Below, one piece after another: positions 36,701-51,500 of a stretch of 64,000 nt of DNA; the first letter of the stretch is position 1, and the number at the start of each line of letters is the position of its first letter. The notes under the pieces are model-generated. The model searched no databases. It was not told the DNA's origin and worked only from the letters and a program-made list of their open reading frames with translations. Both the position numbers and the translations under genes were made by a program. Source of the DNA: Diadema antillarum (lineage: Eukaryota); the NCBI RefSeq assembly GCF_040938485.1, contig NW_027272464.1, positions 62,001 through 126,000 on the forward strand, given 5' to 3'.

Positions 36701-39700
36701 ATACATTTATGATCATGAGAAATAAAAAATGACACTATGGCATAAAAACTGCTGAAACAATACATAAATGTATGAAGCGTTTGGATGATGTTGGAGAGGA
36801 ATTGTTTTTAATTATTATCATTAATATTACATTACCATCACCATCAACATTTATATCTATTCAGTGGAGTATCTAGGGGAGGCAAGGGGGGCACGTGCCC
36901 CGGGCGCCANNNNNNNNNNNNNNNNNNNNNNNNNNNNNNNNNNNNNNNNNNNNNNNNNNNNNNNNNNNNNNNNNNNNNNNNNNNNNNNNNNNNNNNNNNN
37001 NNNNNNNNNNNNNNNNNNNNNNNNNNNNNNNNNNNNNNNNNNNNNNGGGGAGCAGAAAACCAAATCAAAACTAGAAATGTCGCTACAGCGACTGGTTATA
37101 CCCCCACCAAACAACATTTTATAAGCTTTGGTCAAAACAACATTTCATAAGCTTTGGTCAAAAAACTGAGGAAGTAGTTAAATCCGCAAGATCTTTCCTT
37201 GATCTTCTGCCATTAATATGCCGTTACCATGGCAACGTACTTTCGGGTACTGTCGAAAAATGCGTCTTGCACATCTACAACCAAAGGCACACATCTGTAC
37301 CAAGTTTCATGGAAATTGGGCAAAAACTGAGGAAGTAGTTTGCAACACAAAATTTTCCATCATTTTGGCTCATAATATGTGAGCTGTTACCATGGCAACA
37401 TACTTTTTGTCACTGTCAAGAAATGTGTCATGCTGACCTATATCCTAAGACAAACATTCAATATGAATTCCATGAGAATTGGAAGAACACTGATGAAGCA
37501 GTTTTGCCATGAACCATTTTGCCCTATATTTTACCAATAACATGCCGTTACCATGGCAACGCACTTTTTGCCACTGCGGAAATATTTGTCTTGCACATTA
37601 ACATATTCAGATGAACATCTGTACCTAATTTCATAAAAATTGATCAAAAACTGTGGGAGGAGTTCGCGACGCAAAATTTGTACCCATTTTTGCCCATAAT
37701 ATGCCGTTACCATGGCAACGTACTTTTGGGTACTGTCAAAAAATATGTCTTGCACATCTACAACCCAAGGCACACATCTGTGCCAAGTTTTATGGGAATC
37801 GGTTGAAAACTGAGGAAGTAGTTCGCGACGCAAGATTTGCAACGGACCGACCGCCCGACCGACCTCCCGACCGCCCGACCGACCGCCCGACCGACCGCCC
37901 GACCGACCGTCCGCTGATTCCTATATACCCCCTTCAAACTTGGTTTGGCGGGGGTATAAAAAGATAAAAACAAAACATAATGATGACTCGGACAAGATGA
38001 CAATGTTTATTGTGTTCACACAAGAATTCCATGTTATGTAAGCTGAAATACAACGATTTTCGGCTCGCTCGCTGCGCTCGCTCTCTAAATTTTATATAGA
38101 AGAAGAAGGTGAGAACAAAATGTGATGATGACGCGGACAAAATGACAATGTCTATTGTGTTCACACATGTCATTTTATGTTTAGCAGGCAAAATGTTTCA
38201 CGGAGCAGCGGCTGCAATTTCTTTCGTTCTGAAGCGATCGCCAATTGGATCAAAAGAAGGCGCCAACGGTTTCGAACATACGGGGGGGGGGGGCACCAAA
38301 AAAATCAAACAAGATAAGAACAAAACGTAATGATGACGTGGAAATATATAAATTTCGGCTCAATCGCTCGTACTAATTTAGAGTATTTCTTCAAGTCCTC
38401 AGTTTGTTGGTAAAAATCTTTATCTATAAGGCCGTCACTATATCTTTATATCTTGATTAGAATTGTAAGATTTGATAAGCAAAAAATGACAAGAGTTCCA
38501 TGTTTTGTACGCTGAAATACACAAATTTTCGGCTCGCTCGCGCTCGCCAAAATTTATCAAAACAAAAAGGAGATAAGAACAATACGTGATGATGACGCGG
38601 AAATATACAAATTTCGGCTCACTCGCTCGTACTAATTTAGAATATTTTTTCAAGTCTTCAGTATAATAAGGCCGTCACTATTATTATCTTGATTAGAATT
38701 GGAAGATTTGATAAATAAAAAATGACAAGAGTTCCATGTTTTGTAAGCTGAAATACAAAAATTTTCGGCTCTCTCGCTGCGCTCACTCGCCAAAATTTAT
38801 CAAAACAAAAAGGAGATAAGAACAAAACGTGATGATGACGCGGAAATATACAAATTTCGGCTCACTCGCGCGTACATGGGGGGCATTTCATGAAGCAATT
38901 TGTCAGATATCTCGTCTGACAAACTGTTAAAAGCTATTGAAATCCTTGCTTCTGATTGGCTGAGAGCAAATTTTGTCCGACAAGTTGTCGGACAAAATGC
39001 TTCATGAAATGCCCCTAGAATATTTTTTTCTTGGTATAGATAAATCGTTATCTATAAGGCCGTCACTATCTTGATTAGAATTGTAAGATTTGATAAGCAA
39101 AAAATGACAAGAATTCCATGTTTTGTCAGCTGAAATACAAAAATTTTCGGCTCGCTCGCTGCGCTCGCTCGCCAAAATTAATCAAAATTCATTACATTGA
39201 AATCACCCTCAAAAGACCCCTTTTAAGGGCTTGAAAAGCATATCATGTGGACTTTGCTTTAAGTCCCTACCGGGATGGGGTTGGGGTTGAACACTAGTCT
39301 TTTTCAGAAATTAGGGGCGCAATTTTCGCGCTTGCCCCGGGCGCCGTTTTCCCTAGATACGCCACTGTATCTATTATTAGTACTATCATAATTATCACTG
39401 TCGCCATCAACATCACCATCATCATCATCATCATCAACGTTACTACATGTACAATCATTACCATCACCATCACTGACAACTGCTCATTTTACATGGTACT
39501 TTCTTCCATACACTGTACATGCTCTTGGTTTTTTGTGGACTTCCACAAACTTATGGTCATTTTGACAAGAATGCCCTGCATGACACGTGCCAGGAAGAAT
39601 ATGAGACTCATAATCAGAGGCATAATTTACAGAAATTTACAAGGTGTAGCTACGTAAAGAGAATATTACCAACATTTCATAGCCTTTCATATGAAAATGC

Positions 39701-42700
39701 ATTAATAATCATCCACACCTATCTTGTCACTTACCATCATCGACGTATGTTCCCGTTTGGCTGAGGCCTACTTGTGAGTTGGCAACTTCTTGTGGGACGG
39801 AAAAGGTGGCGCTGTCTTTAGCCCCATCTATCGATGGCTGAATGACTGTAGCAGCAAAAAGACACACAAGAGATGGTCACATAAAGACATCATTCACATA
39901 CATTATAATGAATCTGTCAGATGGAATACATGTATCTGTACATAACTTCAAGCTTTCCACAAAAATGTGTAAAACTTGCAAATGAGGAAAGAAGACATCT
40001 TGCAGATGCTTTGCTCTTTGAACCATTGATACTACAAAGACAGACAGAAAGAAAGAAAATATGCAGGCTGTGAGTATTTTATCCCTCTACTTGTGAAGGA
40101 AACCATATCAAGCCCTAACATACTGTTAGTGTTTTTGAACAGCATTTTGACCACATATATAAAAATATACTACTATCAGTACCATTATCTTTGAAATAAA
40201 GTAAAGTCTCAAGCCCTAACATACATGTTAGTGTTTTTGAACAGTACTTTGAACACATTACATACAATATTACTACAAGTAACATTATCTTTTAAAATAA
40301 AGTAAAGTAATGGCTCAAGCCCCAACATACATGTTAGTGTTTGTGAACAGTACTTTGAACACATATATAGAATACTACTATAAGTAACATTATCTTTAAA
40401 ATAAAGTAAAGTAAAGTAAAGTAAAGTACTGTAAGTAAAGGCTATTTGAACACTGCTCGGAATCTTCACAAAGAAGACCCCTGTCAGGTAGCTATAGATA
40501 CATACATTGTATGTGTATATCATCTTGTTCTTCGAGGAAGATGAAGCCATACAGTACGATAATACATATCCCAATGACTGTCACATATTGACATTATTTG
40601 AATGTGATGACTTAATCTTACCAGGATCACTGCCCAGATATGTCACTGAAGTGAGGTTGACAGTAAATGATGTGTCCTCAGCAAGAAACACATCGTTGTT
40701 GAGCAGGGAAACGTCTTGAACACACTGCAGAGGGAATTTATCAGGGCATTTCAATAATGAATATACAGTTGCATGTATGTGCTTCTAAAAGTGAATATGA
40801 CATATGACAGACATTCCTGACAATATACTTTCACTCAACTCAAAATAATCTTCAGTGTCTGGAAAGTTCAATGTCAGTAAAAAAAAAAAATCAATTCAAT
40901 TCATTTAGAATGTAAATCATGAACAAGAACTGAAAACAGGAGGTATACTATTTAATGTTCATATATACACTGTACATTAATATTTGGAGGAATGCTAGAG
41001 GAAAATACTATTCAAAGAAAACATACACCATTACAGAAATATACCAAATAACACTGAATACACTCGGTGAAAGTTCTTCAGAGTTTTATTTATGTGGTAA
41101 TGTAAGTGTGTAACTACAATTGTATAGGAAACACAAAGGAAACTGATAGTATATACTTCAGTGAAAACTTACAGTGGACTGTCCATCTGAGCACACAATG
41201 GAACCACTGCTTGGGACGTACGCTCCGGTTACACCCTGCAATGAATATGTGAATACCGGTGCACATATTATTTACATTCACATATACACATACACAAACA
41301 TACATATAAATGCACACATAAACTGCATGCAAATTGTGTAGCCTCTTTGTAAACTAACCCTAAAGAATCTACAACAAATTGAAACAGAGTAGATGAGACA
41401 ATGGAACGTTTGTATCAACAGTCTTTGGAAAGTCACATTGATATCAAAACATTAAGGCATATGGATTTTTTCATGTGTTACTTGGGAAACTGTGGATGTT
41501 ACATAGGAAGTGGATGGCTGCTTTAATGGCTGAGACTTCTCCTTTTTGATTTATTAGGTATTGTGTTTTGATTGGATTTGAATTCATCTGTTTTATTCGC
41601 ATTTATTTAATTTACGTGACCACTTCTTACATGGTAATTGCAATGATTGTTATCAGCATATGTTTAAACAGTTGCAAAGCACTATCACTGTTTAGGCTTT
41701 CATGCACCTCAGCTTACATCATCTAAGACATTCATGTCTTAATCTATTCCTCTCAACACCAGTGGAGACTCACATCATTGTACTGGAGCTGGTATCCAAC
41801 CTGGACATCCCCAACGAGGCCAGCTGCCCGGTCAATGGTCAGCCTCACTCGGCGCTGGTTACGGCCGTTCAGGACGATTGTCTGTTTGCCATCAGACACA
41901 CTGAAAACACCGTGGGGGTCATCATTGGCACTGGCAAAAAAAAAACAGAGAGAGAGAGAACATTTATCAAGGGGTAACATTTTAGGGAGAAATTCATCAT
42001 TTCACTGGAAATGGTGAAAAAAACTATTATCTTTGCAATGCAGGTGAAGGCTTGATGACATAAAAAAATATCCTACAGAGATTGTGAATGATATAGTCCT
42101 TTTGCTTTCTTGTATACGACTAGTGATTTTTATACAGGCTGTTTGAGGCATATTTGACACTTTACTATGAGGACTTTGACAAAGAAACTGTATTAATGAA
42201 TATAAATTCTATAACTATTGTGAGATCTACATGTACATTCTGTGACATAACCTTGATTTTAAAACATATTTTGCAATGTGTCATTTGTGGATTTTGAGAG
42301 TGAGACCAATCTTTAAAGTCAAATACTAAACATGTACAATCACTTCCCAATTGAGCAGGTAAACAGTGAAGGAGGATTTGAAGCAAATCAATTTACTTGA
42401 TGAAGAATCTTGAAGAGTTGAAGACTGGGTCGATCTCCGCTCCTCCTTCCGCTGTTACCAAGGAGACGATGAATCCCTCCTCCAGCTCTGGTTGAGTGTC
42501 GGCCAGGACACCGAGCAGGATCTGGGAGGTGGCAATGTTCTCTGGGAAGTCCACCGTGCCATTGGTGGGAGACACGTCGGAAGTGACCGGATGACCAGCG
42601 GCATTTGTCACTGACCAGTGCACCTGGAAGGACCGACAATATTATAGTGGTCAGTGACACAGTGGTCTCAGAAAAAGCCTCGAAAGACAAAACTTTACAC

Positions 42701-45502
42701 TGGCATTGACTGATGTCTGCTATCAGCATTATTAGTCATGTTACTCACACACTGTAATCCCTAGAGATTGACAGGCAACATGGCGATTTGGATCAGCCTC
42801 CATCATATCTCTGTGTAGTAAATAAACTAGCACGAGTACAATGACACCTCATAGGGCAGTTCATGCTTTTAGCAGGAGCAAACCTGCTACCAAGCCATCC
42901 TGGATATTCAACTGTGGTATTGTTTGGTCTGTAATTTTCTGGCAATACCTGAACGTCTCCAACCAGGCCCTCTCTCCTCAGCAGTGGGAAGGCAACCCTC
43001 AGGGAGCTGCTATCGTCCGAAGGCTCACTGAAGTACCTAGGCTGCAGTGAGTCGGCAGTGAACTGGATTATGCCATTGGGGTCACCATGCTTCAAGACCT
43101 GTTTCAGAGAGAGAATCAGGCACGTTATAACAAAAAGACAACAATGAGTCTGATACTCAATGAACTACAGAGTATGGGATGTTGGAAAAGAGGCATATGA
43201 TACAATATCCTTATGGTACCCACTGACAGATTTGTTCACCATGCTGTACTTCAAGTATGATGCAAAGGTACAAAAGAAAAGTAAAGAGAAGATGGCATGC
43301 TCACTAGTTCTATCACGGAAGTTTGTTTTTAAAAGACAAATGGTATGAAACATAGCCTTAAAATGTGTTTTTACCAAGAAGAAGGGAAAGAATAAAGACC
43401 ATGCTGCATTGGTGTAAGTTTGGGGAGGTACAGACTGACATGTTCTTTACCAGAAATCCTACTTTTTGTTACAAAACATCTGTTGGAGAGACTCAGAATG
43501 GAGAAAGAAATTCTCACCGTAAGTCTGGCTCTCTGAGTGCTGCCCTCTATCTCTCCCACACCAACAATCCGGTAGATCTCCACGATGAACTCCTCCTGCA
43601 CTTCAGGTCCGACAAAGGGCTTAACCTGGAGGTCAAAGGTCTTGGATCCCCTTTCGGCAGGGGCAAAGGTGACCGAGCCTTGGAGGAAGCCGTCTGGTGT
43701 CGAGATGTCATCTGTCTCCTGGAGGGCTGTCTCACTGTTCGGCCCCAGGATCCTCCATCGGACCTGTAATGGTGAAGGGGTGAACATTCTTGACAAGTTG
43801 AGAAATTTTATCTTTCTGTATTTCATTCATCATTACAGTTGAAAATTCATTTTACAAGTATTCACTGGATCTCATCTAAGGCATCTCATATTCCATCTTG
43901 AAATAAAACTACAAAAGACTACGTAGCAAGAGTATTTAAATTATGACGTTGATATTGTGGTTTGAAAAACTTGGCAGGGTGGATTATCAACATTAAGCAC
44001 TATCCTCCCAGAGGATTCTAATATTTCAGTCCCATGTATTCACCTGGGTCATGGGGTGATTGTGTGAAAAATATTTGGCAGAATTTAAATCCCGCCTGAA
44101 ATATTTGAGAGTTAAGAATCTTATCCATATTACCAAAGCCCTCCCAAAGCATACTTACACGCGTACATCTCATATGCAGCGCTCATTGTTATCTAGTGCA
44201 GATCATTACAGCCTACTTACCTCAGCCCCTGTGAGATACTGATCAAGACCTCCCGTCAGCTCTATGGTAAAAGTCAAGTCCCGAGGGTCGGGGGGATTGG
44301 CGATGACCCTCTCCAGGTTGGAAGGAGAAAAGCCGATCAAGCCGTCTGGCCCGTCGCTCTTCAGAATCACCACCGACGCCGTCCGGTTGCCGCCGAGCAG
44401 GGCGCCCCCTTCGGTCGACGTTAGAAGAATGCGGAAGTACTCGGAGAACTCCTTGACGGAGTCGTCGATGATGGTGACGAGAATGTTGGCCTGTGATTGA
44501 CCATCTGCGAAGGTCACCTGACCATTGGAGAGGAGGAAGTCGACCCCACCCGGTGTGGCGTCCAGGCTCTCCACCTCATAGGACACTGTGACCAGACCAA
44601 AGTTACCCGCACTGCGTACCAATGGGATGCTGGCCACTCCAATATCTTCTTGCACTGGAAATAGTATGTCATAAAAAGTGGGTGCATTGTTAGAAGACAT
44701 GATACTCGCACTACTTCTCATTACATTGTATTACATTTCTTTCTAGCCCTGTATGTCACTTTATAGCTGGACCTAGATGAGGGCAGATATACATCAAAAC
44801 TTGTAAGATATATTAATCTACAAAGCTCTGAATTACTATGGATGTTTTCTAAATATATTCAATGGCTTGAATAAGGTGGACTGTGAAAAGATTCTGACTG
44901 CAAGACCCTATACATCAACAGAAATACTCTAAGAATACCTAAACTCACCTTCGTATAGAGTCTTGTCAAACTCAATGATCCCTTCCGCATTATCATTGGC
45001 CTCGATGATGATAGTCTTGACTGACAAGCTGCCAACAGAGGGCGGCATATCCGGCTGCAGCCCATTATAGGAGGTGTAGTCAGTATCACTGTGATAAGAA
45101 TGAATAAACAGACAGATATGTGAATAAATAAAGTAATTACTTACTTATTAGAGAATTGAAGGAATTAATGAATGAATGACAAAAATAAACAAACAAATGT
45201 TCACAGAAGTAAATAGGTGAAAAATTACTGAACAAGTGAATCAAGAAAGCAGAAGATATATAAATCAAGAGATATTCAAGTAAATTTAATTAGTCTTGAT
45301 TACTAGTACTTCAATTTTGAGCAGTGGCAGAATATTGCTCCATTCTATTGTGGTGCCTGTCACTGCATTGCCTCACAAATATCTCAATTTCAATTCCTGA
45401 TTCCATGAAGAATCCTGTTTAGTGAATTTTGTCTCTTTCTGAACAAAGCCTTATTGGCAGAGAGAATGGCAGGTACACTGGAGGTACATTGTAGGTAGGT
45501 AG

Positions 45503-45549
<47 letters not shown>

Positions 45550-48500
45550 TGGGTCAAGATTTAGGAGTTAAACACTGGACATACCTCGGTGTGAGCAGCT
45601 GGACACTGGTGATGTTGAGCCAGAAGGCTTCTGGACCTTCGGGGATGGAATCGGGCAAGATGGCCACTGATATATCCAGGCTGTCCACACCTTCTGAAAA
45701 TGTCAGATCTGAGAAACAAAAAGTACACAAAAATAAAATGTTATCGCACAGTTCTCCATACACAACAAAAATACATCATTTCTCATAAATACTATTTACA
45801 ATTATACATCAACACTGTGGTGCAAATGGAATAATGTTGTTTTTCTGCAAGAAAAGACAAAAGGTCATTCCCAATCACACTTCCATGTGTTAAACTTTGC
45901 TGTGATGCAGTAATTTCTGGAATTAATCCTCTCATTAATTCACATGTACATCAAACTGAGTATGGAGTGGTGTAAATGGTATATCTGATATCAAACAGGC
46001 TGTTTCATATCAATCACTTTGAATGACTTACAAATAATTTGTTTCAGGAAGACGCAATTGTAAAATTCTAAAGGGAAACCTTATTGCATGTACTTTATCA
46101 ACTTGAATTTGTAAAAATCAAACCTCACTTAGCTGTTTATAAGAACTGCTGAACATTGCTCTTGTCTGGATTGTGAGTTCATTATCGATCATTCTCTTAT
46201 AATAGCAAGGTATGCTGACAAAACTACATTTCAAATATGTATACAATATACCAATATAAAGGAGTAGTTTTCATCATATTAATGTGTATGGCACCAGTTC
46301 ATATATTACCTCCTGCGGAAACAGCATAGTCTACACCCTCCTCAGCTATGTATTGGGTGGATGTGTAGGAGACCTGCACAGTGCCAAAGATGCCTGCATT
46401 TCGCACGACTGGAACTCTGACCTACAGCAGATCAACATGAAACACAAAATGCTCCGCATTCATGACAGGAAATAGACATAGTGGCTTCTCATGTCTACAA
46501 CATTGCACTCGCACTGTTTTCTACAGAAAGCATTGAGAGCACATGAACATCCAACATACACATTTTGTTCATTTTTCCTATGACAGCTAATGCCTGGTGT
46601 ACTACAGGGATGCCAACCTTGTAGACAGCATTGCAGTATTCTGAGGGCTGAAAGAGACATTTTTTTGGTGGAAAAACAGTATTTTTAATTCTATTGCAAT
46701 ATGCATGTGTAGTAATACAATTTGGGATAAACATTATTTTTCATGAAACCTGAAGTACATATACAGCTGTATTTTTGGCAAGAAACCACCCAAAACACCC
46801 CAGTACAAAACACTACAAAAGTTACAGTTGGCATCTCTCATACCGAATGGAGAACGTTATTCAGTGTACATCTTAACTGCGCAACATTGGTGTTGATGAT
46901 TATTGCTGAAATTTGCCATCATTTTTGTTTCTTGGTCTTCCTACCCCCTGTATGTGGAGAATTTTATTGTATATCGAGAAATGTTGAATGCTACACTGTT
47001 CGGTTCAGAATGGAAACTGTTAACTGTTAAACTGTTAACTGGTAATGGTCATGAGCATGCCTTGACCCCCAGCTTTGCTAAGGTCATTGCACGTTCTAAG
47101 AATCACCTTGGGGCAAATGGCCTTTACAGCTGTCAGGTCAGTATTTGTGCCCCATTTTATGAAAGCAAAGAGATTCTATTTTGTCTTTAAAAGGGACATG
47201 TGACGCGTAAGAACAAGGAATTGCAACACCTACCAGATTATCATCTTCACTGACGGTGACCTGTGAGGGCAGGTCAAACTCAAATACGCCAAAGGGATTG
47301 TCACTGGCCACCACGGTGATGGTCGCCTGGTTACCGCCTCCAGCTGAGTCTATGGAGGCCCCACCCGTGATGGAGGCAAGGACCAAGGAGTAGGATGTCT
47401 TCAGCTCCGGGATGGCATCATCCAGGGTCTATTAAGGAGCAGGGGTGAAACAGGAATGATGACATCAATCCAGAGGAAGAAAATCTCAGTGAACTAAATG
47501 TTGAGACTTTTATGAACTGTTATATTTGAGTAAGATACACGTGGTGATTGTCATATGCATCGTATGACATATACTGCCTTGATGTGCTGCAATCAGAGAA
47601 GTACACTGTATTTAGCATTATTTTCATGCAAAATTTTACCAAGCCTAAGTACAACACACTCCTCATTGCCACTTATAATTAAAGTTTCATTTGTGTTGTC
47701 TTTCAAGACATCTGCCCCTCGATTCAAACATGGACAGACTATTGGTAAAAGACCCATTTGTCTTGCATCGTTTAGTAATTCCACAGAGACAATAACCAAG
47801 TGGAGTTCTGGCAATTCCCTACCTGGAGTGTGATGGTAGCATTTTGCTGGCGGTCCCCGAACACCACCTGTCCCGATGTCTGCTGGAAGGCGTTGTCTCC
47901 CGAGGGTGTTATCTGCCAGTTGACCGTCACCTCACCAAAGATGCCTGCACCTCGAGTCAAGCTGGTAGTGGCGAGGGAGAGGAGGAAGGGGTTAATACAC
48001 AAAAGTGACTTCACCTCACAAAGTCAAAAGGACTGGAGGTCAGCAGGTCAAACTGAATATGTGGGATTTGATGACTTGATTATTGTTCTCTTTCATCCAT
48101 GATAAGGGTGCTGTCATGGCTGAGTAAGACCACACGGATAAGATTGCGGGTTTCTAGGCACATGCCAGGTTTGAACCCCAGTCCGGTAGTAATGCCCTTT
48201 AGCAAAACACTTTATTCTTGTAGCCAAGTCTTTCGCCGGAGCCTCAAAGCTGTCAGACCCTTGTTTGGGAGAGCTTTAACATACGTGTATGTACATAGAC
48301 AAAATCACTCCATTTTACGGTGAAATCTGGTGAAGTGATCAAACACAAAAAATAGTTAATATCTACAAGAATCTCCAGGATTGAAGGAGGCAGATTACCC
48401 CTAGAAGAAGATATACATGTATTCTTTTCCACCATTATCATTTTGCACTTTGCAAGCTATGAAATCACTGAAATCTTCCAGTGCTCCTCAATGTGATCCT

Positions 48501-51500
48501 AAATACAAGTTCACTCTATGAGGATGGAGGTGAATACTCTGCAGGTTTTATGACATTGTCATTTGAAGATATTGGCTTTCAAAGCTGTATTACATGTACA
48601 GTACTCAAAACAAGACAATTAAACAAAAAGGTAACACTGATAGAAATCAGAGCTGAGAGTGTTAAATTCCTTACTGTATCTCAGCTTGTCCATTGTAGTT
48701 TCCACTTGGTTCCGCGATGAGTAGGTTTCGAGAGCTTGGGAGGATGCTAACCGAACCGGCAGAGTCAGGGTTGGCTAGGATGACAACTGTGGCTGTGCCT
48801 AGTTTCCATGGCAACACGAAGGGAGAAAGAGATATACACTGTATATATGCCAAAGCAAAACACCTAACAATACATTTGTGACCCTGCATCACAAAGCCAA
48901 CAAAAAGTCACCAGACATGGCTTTTTAGGTACATGTAAGGACAGATTCTGAAAGAGCAGGCTCTAAGCTTTTTAAATGATGTATAACTCAATTCAAATGG
49001 ACTCCCTTAACCTATCTAAATACTGGAAAGAAAGCACACACTCTGGAAAAGTGTCAACTGAGAAAAGAGGCTCTGAAGTACAGCGTCTATTCAAGCGCTC
49101 AATCTTTACCAAGCCATGCTAGCTGTGCAATGAAAGGGACAAAACACAGGATGTAAGCCGTGGGAGCAACAACAATGAGGGGATTATCAGATTAAGCTGA
49201 AATTGAGCATGTTCTAATAACACATTCTGTCCATGATTAATGCCAACTTTCAAAGCAGAAGCATTATCCTTTCAAAAGTTAATAGACTTGGAAGTGATGA
49301 GTGTGCAAAGGATTTCAAGAAATGAAAAGGGGCCTCTAAGACATACCTGATCATTCTACTCCCCCCCCCCCAAAAAAAGGGTTGTAGAAAAGCTGCTGAA
49401 AACACACTTTCCCATTTATGTTATGATCCCAAACTAAAGAATAATGTAGAAGGGTAGCTCTTTCAGAAAATATGAAAAACTCAAGATTGATTCTGTTGAC
49501 CCATTTCACCTTTTTTGACTCCTCGCGTAAAATCAAGGGGTTCAACTTTTTGCTGTTTTGTGATGCACGGTCACATTTAACAATGCTGACTATATATGAA
49601 TGAGCACCAGTTATGTAAGGTAAATGAACAGTTAGAGCATGTATAATTATCTCAAACTTGGTGTAGAAGGTTTTTTGTTCTCCATTTTATTCTTAACTGT
49701 TTGAGTATCAAAAAGAACTAACTGAAGGAAGAACTCAAGGAAGAGAATAATGAGAGAACAGAAGAGATAAGGGGAACGTGAGATATAAATATTAAGTAAG
49801 CGAATATACAATAAGTTGTGATTGGAGATGTAGGGACATAGATACGACTATGCATTACTTAGTCAAGCGCAGACAAAAGAAAGCCCTACATTTAGAGTGG
49901 AGATGAACATATTGGCAAGCAGACTGAAGGACCGATCAATAGATAGATGGACAAACCAGACAGATGGGCAAAAAGATTTATAGATGGCTGGATGAATTGA
50001 TAGAAGATACAAATTGACATGGGCAAAGAGCGAGATGGAGAGAAAAAGGAGAGAGGGAGATAGCGGCAAGCAGAGGAATCCTCCCTCACCGTAGACCGGT
50101 GAAATTTCTGCATCCACGGTGACCGACGTGATGGAGAGAACAAATCGCTCCTCGCCTTCCAAGATGCCATCTTGAACGGCCTCGATGATGATGGACTCCC
50201 TTGAATCGCCCTGCAAGAAGAGACAATCATTGTTGCACTTACGTCTGTCACCCCTTCTTTTGCTCTATCATACTACATACACTCCTGGACATGACGCAAA
50301 TCACAGCATCACTTGGATGACACACACACACACAAATTGCAAATTACATGTACACAGTACGCAACACAGACAAAAAAATAGTCAAGCATGTAGAGTTGCA
50401 ATTCTACACTCTCAACGATTTAAATCATGATAAGAAAACACCAAGTTTTAATATTGCAATATCATATCAGACTTTGGGGACAGCTATCATAATAATGTAC
50501 ATGCATTTTCTACAAACCATCCATTGTATCTCATATCCATGTCTATCAAATTGATCTGTGTCGAATTATGTTATATTTTGTCTTGCTTTTCTTTACATTT
50601 TGTCATCTAAGAGATCTTTCTTACCATGATATGCGTAATTTATATATTGGTAATAAATTTTATTGGCCAGTACACCTATGCTTAACCCTAAACCTGGTAC
50701 AGTGCACCAGGAGGTAGCGTTCACACTGCAAGGCTTCCGCATGGGAAATTTTGGTAGACCTCAACTGGCTGTGAAACACAATGGGAAATTACTTCTTATC
50801 AAGTTCACTGCTCAAAGTAGTTGTGGTCTTACTATAATGTTCACATGTTGATAAAATCAGTTTGATGTCTTTTAATTTGGACTGCTGCCATGATGACCAA
50901 TAATAATTTTCAAATTGATCCCATGTTCCTGATACTTATATATTTATCTATATTTGCAGGAAAGAAATGTTATTGAATCTGAATCTGAAATGCTAAGTCA
51001 CTGATTTGAGAGGCTGCATTCACACTGCACCTGTTGGAAGACGAGTGTCCCGGATGATGGAGTAAGATCGTCCCGTCCTGCGGCCTCCACCTCCCAGCGG
51101 GCCTCGACACGGCCTTGGGTGCCCTGGGTCCTCTCCACGGTGAATGTGACTGGACCGCCAGACTCTGACACACTCTCCTAAAGACAGTTTGTGATATTTT
51201 GACGTTTTAAATAGGCGACACTGTGTAAGAGTGTGATCAGATACCAAGATGATGTGTTTTCACACAAAGGATTTAACTTTACATTTTGCGGATACACAAA
51301 AACTATGTCATGATGATAATAAGATGATGACGGTGTTGAAAAATCATAATCATAAGTGGCAGCATAGTTGCTAGTTCTATGTACAAAAAGTGTTTACCTA
51401 TCCCTTCCACCACATCATGATGATTGACATAATTTACACCATGCTGCCACCCCAGCCAGAGGAACTAATGTTATATCTATAGTCCAATTAGCTCAACTGA

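Larger units (their letters stand above)
36862..39367. mobile_element. hAT-like non-autonomous element with 8-bp TSD, nested inserts and an N gap
   Basis: Ends CAGTGGAGTATCTAGGG / CCCTAGATACGCCACTG; identical TATCTATT at 36854-36861 and 39368-39375; internal repeats TTTCGGCTCGCTCGC at ~38060-39170. Confidence 0.88.

Noticed and set aside
36844-37135. ORFs containing X runs here and at 59441-59893
   Set aside because: Artefacts of N gaps and the (CAAT)n repeat.
40437-40480. Possible extra ADGRV1 exon ([12 protein letters not shown])
   Set aside because: Exons 30 and 31 already join in phase with continuous Calx-beta sequence; no convincing donor.
44030-44075. SINE core-like GACCCAGGTG motif (minus) and tRNA-like stretch near 29780-29815
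   Set aside because: Too short and degenerate to call; no complete A/B box or cloverleaf, so no tRNA gene.
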